From the NCBI GenBank assembly GCA_033549025.1, contig JAWSUS010000040.1:1-11352 (forward strand): a DNA stretch of 11,352 nucleotides, in the 5' to 3' direction. Shown piece by piece: positions 7,857 to 11,352 of this stretch. Source of the stretch: Desulfuromonadales bacterium (GTDB taxonomy: Bacteria; Desulfobacterota; Desulfuromonadia; Desulfuromonadales; SZUA-540). Each line of letters starts with the position of its first letter. The first letter of the stretch is position 1. A program made the position numbers and the translations under genes. The notes under the pieces are model-generated. The model saw only the letters and a list, made by a program, of their open reading frames with translations, was not told where the DNA came from and searched no databases.

Positions 7857-8126
7857 CTATTGCATAAGCCCCATGTTAAAAATATTGGCTTTCTGGGGTT
7901 CCTCCGCGAAGGTCTGGTTGTGAACATTCATGATCTCTTCGGCATTGATGCCCGGCAGGGTCTCCGGTGTTTGGTCGGCGTAGCGATAGTCGGGGTAAGC
8001 AATCTGACTATCGAGGCTGTGCCGGGTCGCCTCGCCAAACTCCAGATCCGCCTTGCGCGTTTCCAGGGGCGGGGTGCAGGCAGTGAGAACCGAGAGAGCA
8101 ACGACGAATATGGCAAGTGATTTCAT
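7857..8126 (-). CDS. Small Tad-associated lipoprotein (89 aa), in the RcpB/CpaD position
   Basis: Start moved from 8177 to ATG 8126 (AGGAGA at 8133-8138), which removes the overlap with the secretin gene. Signal peptide II MKSLAIFVVALSVLTA-C17 with lipobox LTAC. Lies between the secretin gene and tadE. Confidence 0.8.
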   Translation of the reverse strand: MKSLAIFVVALSVLTACTPPLETRKADLEFGEATRHSLDSQIAYPDYRYADQTPETLPGINAEEIMNVHNQTFAEEPQKANIFNMGLMQ

Positions 8127-8142
8127 GGGGTATCTCCTGTCC

Positions 8143-9654
8143 TTATGGAGTCGTGGTCGGTTGGTGGCCAAATTCACCCTCTAGCCCCCCTTGGATGGGC
8201 GAGGAGACGGTAAAATCATGCTGGCTGAGCGCCGAGCTGTTATCGCCCTTGCGTCCGCCTTCCAGACGACCCTCCAGGTAGAATTCAAAAAAGTTGGGGA
8301 TGTTGATGTTCTCGCCCGGATAGCGCAAGGATCCTTCTTTGTTGGGCTTGACCAGGTGCGGCGTCACGGAAATCAGCAGATCGGTCTTGTTCTGCTGGTA
8401 TGAGGTGCTGCGGAAGAGAGCGCCCAGGATGGGAATGTCCCCCAACACGGGAACTTTTCGAACCGACTCCCGCAGGTTGTCCTGTAGCAGGCCGGCCAAG
8501 GCCAAGGTCTGGCCATCCTGAATCTGCACGGTGGTTTCCAGCTTGCGGGAGCTAAGGTTAGGTACGTTGAAGGTCGTCCCTTCCATTCCGGCCGGCACTG
8601 CGCTGGTGCCGGTGATTTGGCTGACGCTCGGGGCCACGCGCAGGCTGATTTTACCGTCACTCATCACGACCGGGGTAAACCGCAGAGCCACCCCGAATTC
8701 TTTCCATTCAATGGTGATGGCGTTGGACGTTCCCCCCTGGGGCACGGGGATGGGGAATTCGCCCCCGGCCAGAAAACTGGCCTCCTGGCCGCTCTGGGTG
8801 ACCAGGCTCGGTTCAGCCAGGGTGCGGGCCAGTCCTTCCGTTTCCAGAAAGGTCAGGGCGGTGGTGAAATCCTTGATGTTGACAAAAACATTGGCGGGAT
8901 TGCCGGCGAAATTGACCAGCAGGGAGCCGGGGCTTTGAATCAGGCCATCTGTGATGGGGGACAGAATTTCGGAGACACCTGCGATGCCGGTAAAATTTTC
9001 ATTCAAGTCGGCCAGGCCGATGGCGGCCTGCCAGTCTTTGAAAGAGTTTCGGTTGACCTCGGCCATCTTGACTTCGAGCATGACCTGCTGTATGCCGCCC
9101 ACCGTCAGCAGATTGGTGATCTGCGTACCCGATTCGGATTTTCCTGTGCCTCCCTGGGCGCTGTCGCTTTCAACCAGTTTGGGTAGAAAATTCTGGGTCA
9201 GGCGCAGCACCTGCTCAACCACCTCCGGGCCGCTGACGGTGCCCGACAGCACCACGCCGGTTTCGGAAGGATAGACCTCGATTTTTTGGTCGGGGTAGAG
9301 CTGATGAAGCTGCTGCTTCAGGCTTGTCAAATCCAGAGAGACGGTGACGTCGATGACGGCCATGACGTCCTTTTTGGTGTCATCCCAGACTGTGATAGTG
9401 CAGTAACCGAGCTTTTTGCCGCGCACATAAATACGGTTCTCCTTGAGGGCGCGGGCGTGCACGATTTCTTCGTCGCTGGTCAATACTTTCATGTTAAAGC
9501 TGGGCTGGTTGATGCTGATGACCTCAGAGCCGCCCAGCCGCAGGGGCAGAATCTGTTTTTCCGGTTCCGCGGCAAGAGCCTGGATGCCGGATATGCACCA
9601 GATGATCGTGGCCAGACAGGCCAGGGTGAGAACGTGAAACCGTCTGTTGCCCAT
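8143..9654 (-). CDS. cpaC: Outer-membrane secretin CpaC/RcpA (N-terminal pilus-formation domain, BON-like domain, secretin domain)
   Basis: GGGAGG RBS at 9660-9665 and a signal peptide. Motifs 'QQVMLEVKMAEVNR', 'LAEPSLVTQSGQEASFLAGGEFPIPV', 'IEWKEFGVALRFTPVV', 'KVPVLGDIPILGALFRSTSYQQNKTDLLISVTPHLV'. Confidence 0.97.
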   Translation of the reverse strand: MGNRRFHVLTLACLATIIWCISGIQALAAEPEKQILPLRLGGSEVISINQPSFNMKVLTSDEEIVHARALKENRIYVRGKKLGYCTITVWDDTKKDVMAVIDVTVSLDLTSLKQQLHQLYPDQKIEVYPSETGVVLSGTVSGPEVVEQVLRLTQNFLPKLVESDSAQGGTGKSESGTQITNLLTVGGIQQVMLEVKMAEVNRNSFKDWQAAIGLADLNENFTGIAGVSEILSPITDGLIQSPGSLLVNFAGNPANVFVNIKDFTTALTFLETEGLARTLAEPSLVTQSGQEASFLAGGEFPIPVPQGGTSNAITIEWKEFGVALRFTPVVMSDGKISLRVAPSVSQITGTSAVPAGMEGTTFNVPNLSSRKLETTVQIQDGQTLALAGLLQDNLRESVRKVPVLGDIPILGALFRSTSYQQNKTDLLISVTPHLVKPNKEGSLRYPGENINIPNFFEFYLEGRLEGGRKGDNSSALSQHDFTVSSPIQGGLEGEFGHQPTTTP

Positions 9655-9688
9655 AGTCGCCTCCCTCAGGGATTAAATGGCAAATGCG

Positions 9689-10513
9689 TCAATTAGTCGC
9701 TGTGAAATTGTATTTTTCCGGTGCCCTGTCGCCCTGGATAACCTCTACCTGAAAGGATGGGGCTTTGGGCTGGACCACGCGGGGTTTGAGAGTCCGTACG
9801 ACTTTGGGCGCCGGCTTTGCCACAACGGGAGGAGGCTCGGGCTCCGCCAGTTCATTGGGGTTGCGCAGAATGAGCTGAATGGCGCCTTCGTGCGTTTCCA
9901 GTGCCAGTTTTTCCGCCTCTTTGGGCGTCACCGACAGGGTGACGGTGCGCACGACCTTGGCCTTGCCTTCCTCGGTGAAGGTTTCCTGGGCGATGGCCAG
10001 CACCTGGATGTTTTTCAGCACGGTCTCGGCCCGTTTGCTGTCCCGACCGTCTTTGGTGATGGAGATGACATCCACAAAGGTATTTGGCAAAACAAAGCCG
10101 CCAACGCCAATCACTTCATCGACGCGGATGGACATGGCGCGCTTGCCCGGTTCGATCATGGCCACCAGACCTGCACCCGAGCCGGGAGCGGCAAGCTTGG
10201 CGGCGATCACCACATCACCGGCGACAATTTTAGTCGCCGTGATGCGGCCGTCCAATCCCTCCAGGCTTTCATAGGCCCCTTTGGGCACATTGGCCTTGGG
10301 CCATTCGGCCAGAGTCAGGTTGGCTCCGCTCAGTTTGGTGCCGATATCCAGATCGCTGGCGGCAATAACGATGCGGGTCACCGGGACCGCTTCTTTAACA
10401 ACGATCCTTTCCTCGGCCGCCTGGTTGTTGAGCCAGTTGTTGGCCAGCATGACCGCCACGGTGCCAAAGAGTATGGCCAGCGACAGGGCGATGATAGAAC
10501 CGTATTTTTTCAT
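9689..10513 (-). CDS. cpaB: Flp pilus assembly protein CpaB/RcpC (SAF plus RcpC domains)
   Basis: Start moved to ATG 10513 (AAGGAGG at 10520-10526, 6 nt spacer). N-terminal TM anchor, SAF-like 'IVIAASDLDIGTKLS', 'PGKRAMSIRVDEVIGVGGFVLPNTFVDVI', 'TVTLSVTPKEAEKLALE...LILRN', and C-terminal 'VEVIQG'. Confidence 0.95.
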   Translation of the reverse strand: MKKYGSIIALSLAILFGTVAVMLANNWLNNQAAEERIVVKEAVPVTRIVIAASDLDIGTKLSGANLTLAEWPKANVPKGAYESLEGLDGRITATKIVAGDVVIAAKLAAPGSGAGLVAMIEPGKRAMSIRVDEVIGVGGFVLPNTFVDVISITKDGRDSKRAETVLKNIQVLAIAQETFTEEGKAKVVRTVTLSVTPKEAEKLALETHEGAIQLILRNPNELAEPEPPPVVAKPAPKVVRTLKPRVVQPKAPSFQVEVIQGDRAPEKYNFTATN

Positions 10514-10596
10514 CCCCAACCTCCTTCGGTGCTGAAATTTATGGACGGCCTAAGGCCCTGCACGGATGTTTGCAGAACGTACCGGCGCGTTTGATG

Positions 10597-11226
10597 CTAC
10601 AGGGGAGCCCCCCAGGTGAGAAAGGCAAAGTAGCCAAAGGCGATGGCGGCAGCATAGGGAAATCGCAGCTGTTCGCCGTTTGGGCTTGGCTTAATGTCGA
10701 TGAACTTCCGGGTATAGAAGAAAAGCCGGAGGGCGCGCAGGCCCGCCAGGCATTTGCTGACAAGATCACGGTTGAACAGGTAGTGCAGAATAGCCATGAC
10801 GCCACCCACCAGGCCGGTGTAGGCGAAGACGATGAGAATTGCCTGCGGGCCCAGCAGGGCGCCGAGGGCGGCCAGGGCTTTGACGTCGCCAGCGCCCATG
10901 CCCCCCATGAGGTAGGGGATGAGCAGCAGGGCAAGGCCGGCGGTAAGCCCACCGACGGAAGTGGTCAATCCGGCAAGACCAGCCAAGGCGATGTGGTAAG
11001 TAAGACCGACCAGGGTCAGGCCCAAGGTGAACAGATTGGGTATGCGCGAATGCAGTGTGTCCGTGAGACAGATGAGAAGCAGAAAGGAGGAGGCCAGGAA
11101 AACAGGGAGGCTGTCGCCATGAAACAGGAAGTAAGCCGCCAGCAGCATCGCCGTCAGGCCGGAAGCGAGCCTGGGGATGTCTTTGACGCTTAGACTTCCG
11201 ATGGGTAAAACCGCCTGTGCCCTCAT
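10597..11226 (-). CDS. cpaA: A24-family prepilin peptidase CpaA/TadV
   Basis: Polytopic membrane protein with both catalytic aspartates ('LTDTLHSRIPN' and 'GGMGAGDVKALAALG') and C-terminal 'FPYAAAIAFG'. No methyltransferase/Zn domain, as expected for TadV. ATG 11226 is preferred over TTG 11232 because AGGAGG (11235-11240) is 8 nt upstream of it versus 2 nt. Confidence 0.95.
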   Translation of the reverse strand: MRAQAVLPIGSLSVKDIPRLASGLTAMLLAAYFLFHGDSLPVFLASSFLLLICLTDTLHSRIPNLFTLGLTLVGLTYHIALAGLAGLTTSVGGLTAGLALLLIPYLMGGMGAGDVKALAALGALLGPQAILIVFAYTGLVGGVMAILHYLFNRDLVSKCLAGLRALRLFFYTRKFIDIKPSPNGEQLRFPYAAAIAFGYFAFLTWGAPL

Positions 11227-11234
11227 TTTCAAGG

Positions 11235-11240
11235 CCTCCT
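11235..11240 (-). promoter_or_regulatory. Shine-Dalgarno sequence of cpaA
   Basis: AGGAGG on the minus strand, 8 nt before ATG 11226. Confidence 0.8.
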
Positions 11241-11251
11241 GAAATGTAAAA

Positions 11252-11342
11252 GCAACAGAATTACTTGCCAGCCGCCGTGAGGTAGGCTGGAAAAAGTGGA
11301 CACCAATCTGTTAGCCTAAGAGGCTCATAGGAGGTGTCACTT
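11252..11342. promoter_or_regulatory. Structured intergenic region with overlapping inverted repeats (possible terminator/attenuator or leader RNA)
   Basis: Complementary pairs seen directly: CCAGCC 11268-73/GGCTGG 11285-90; ACTT 11263-66/AAGT 11294-97; AACAGA 11254-59/TCTGTT 11307-12; AGCCT 11313-17/AGGCT 11321-25; AAGTG(G)ACACC 11294-304/GGTGTCACTT 11333-42. Function and strand are unresolved. Confidence 0.5.
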
Positions 11343-11352
11343 GGAACGCATA

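Noticed and set aside
10547..10575. Small palindromes between cpaA and cpaB (GGCCTAAGGCC; CTGCA...TGCAG)
   Set aside because: Stems of only 4-5 bp with no U-tract, compatible with chance in GC-rich DNA.
9677..11193. Consecutive plus-strand ORFs of 305 aa and 207 aa opposite cpaB and cpaA
   Set aside because: They mirror the real genes almost exactly in extent and have shadow-like composition with no domain signatures.
11250..11272. Possible sigma-54 promoter on the minus strand (TGGCAAG...TTGC)
   Set aside because: GG-to-GC spacing does not fit the strict -24/-12 (GG-N10-GC) requirement.
1..11352. CRISPR array, tRNA/rRNA or long tandem repeats
   Set aside because: None seen. The window is almost fully coding with short spacers. 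ATCTAAC occurs at 1-7 and 67-73, but two 7-mers do not make an array.

Overview
The window is almost entirely one tightly packed, minus-strand Tad/Flp (type IVc) pilus operon. In transcription order (high to low coordinates) it encodes: prepilin peptidase CpaA/TadV, CpaB/RcpC, secretin CpaC/RcpA, a small unnamed lipoprotein, a TadE-like pseudopilin, a large TadG-like pseudopilin with an acidic Cys-containing C-terminal domain and no vWA motif, CpaE/TadZ, ATPase CpaF/TadA, TadB, TadC, TPR lipoprotein TadD, and a secreted tandem-SH3 protein. The major Flp pilin gene is not in the window. Two things are not explained by the operon. Positions 1-74 look like the transposase C-terminus and right inverted repeat of an IS481-family element inserted 11 bp past the last gene. 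Positions ~11250-11345 hold competing RNA stems that could be an attenuator or riboswitch-like leader. Several ORF-track starts were moved to RBS-supported codons. The long plus-strand ORFs are judged to be antisense shadows. The gene set and GC-rich style suggest a Desulfuromonadales-like deltaproteobacterium, but this is inference only.
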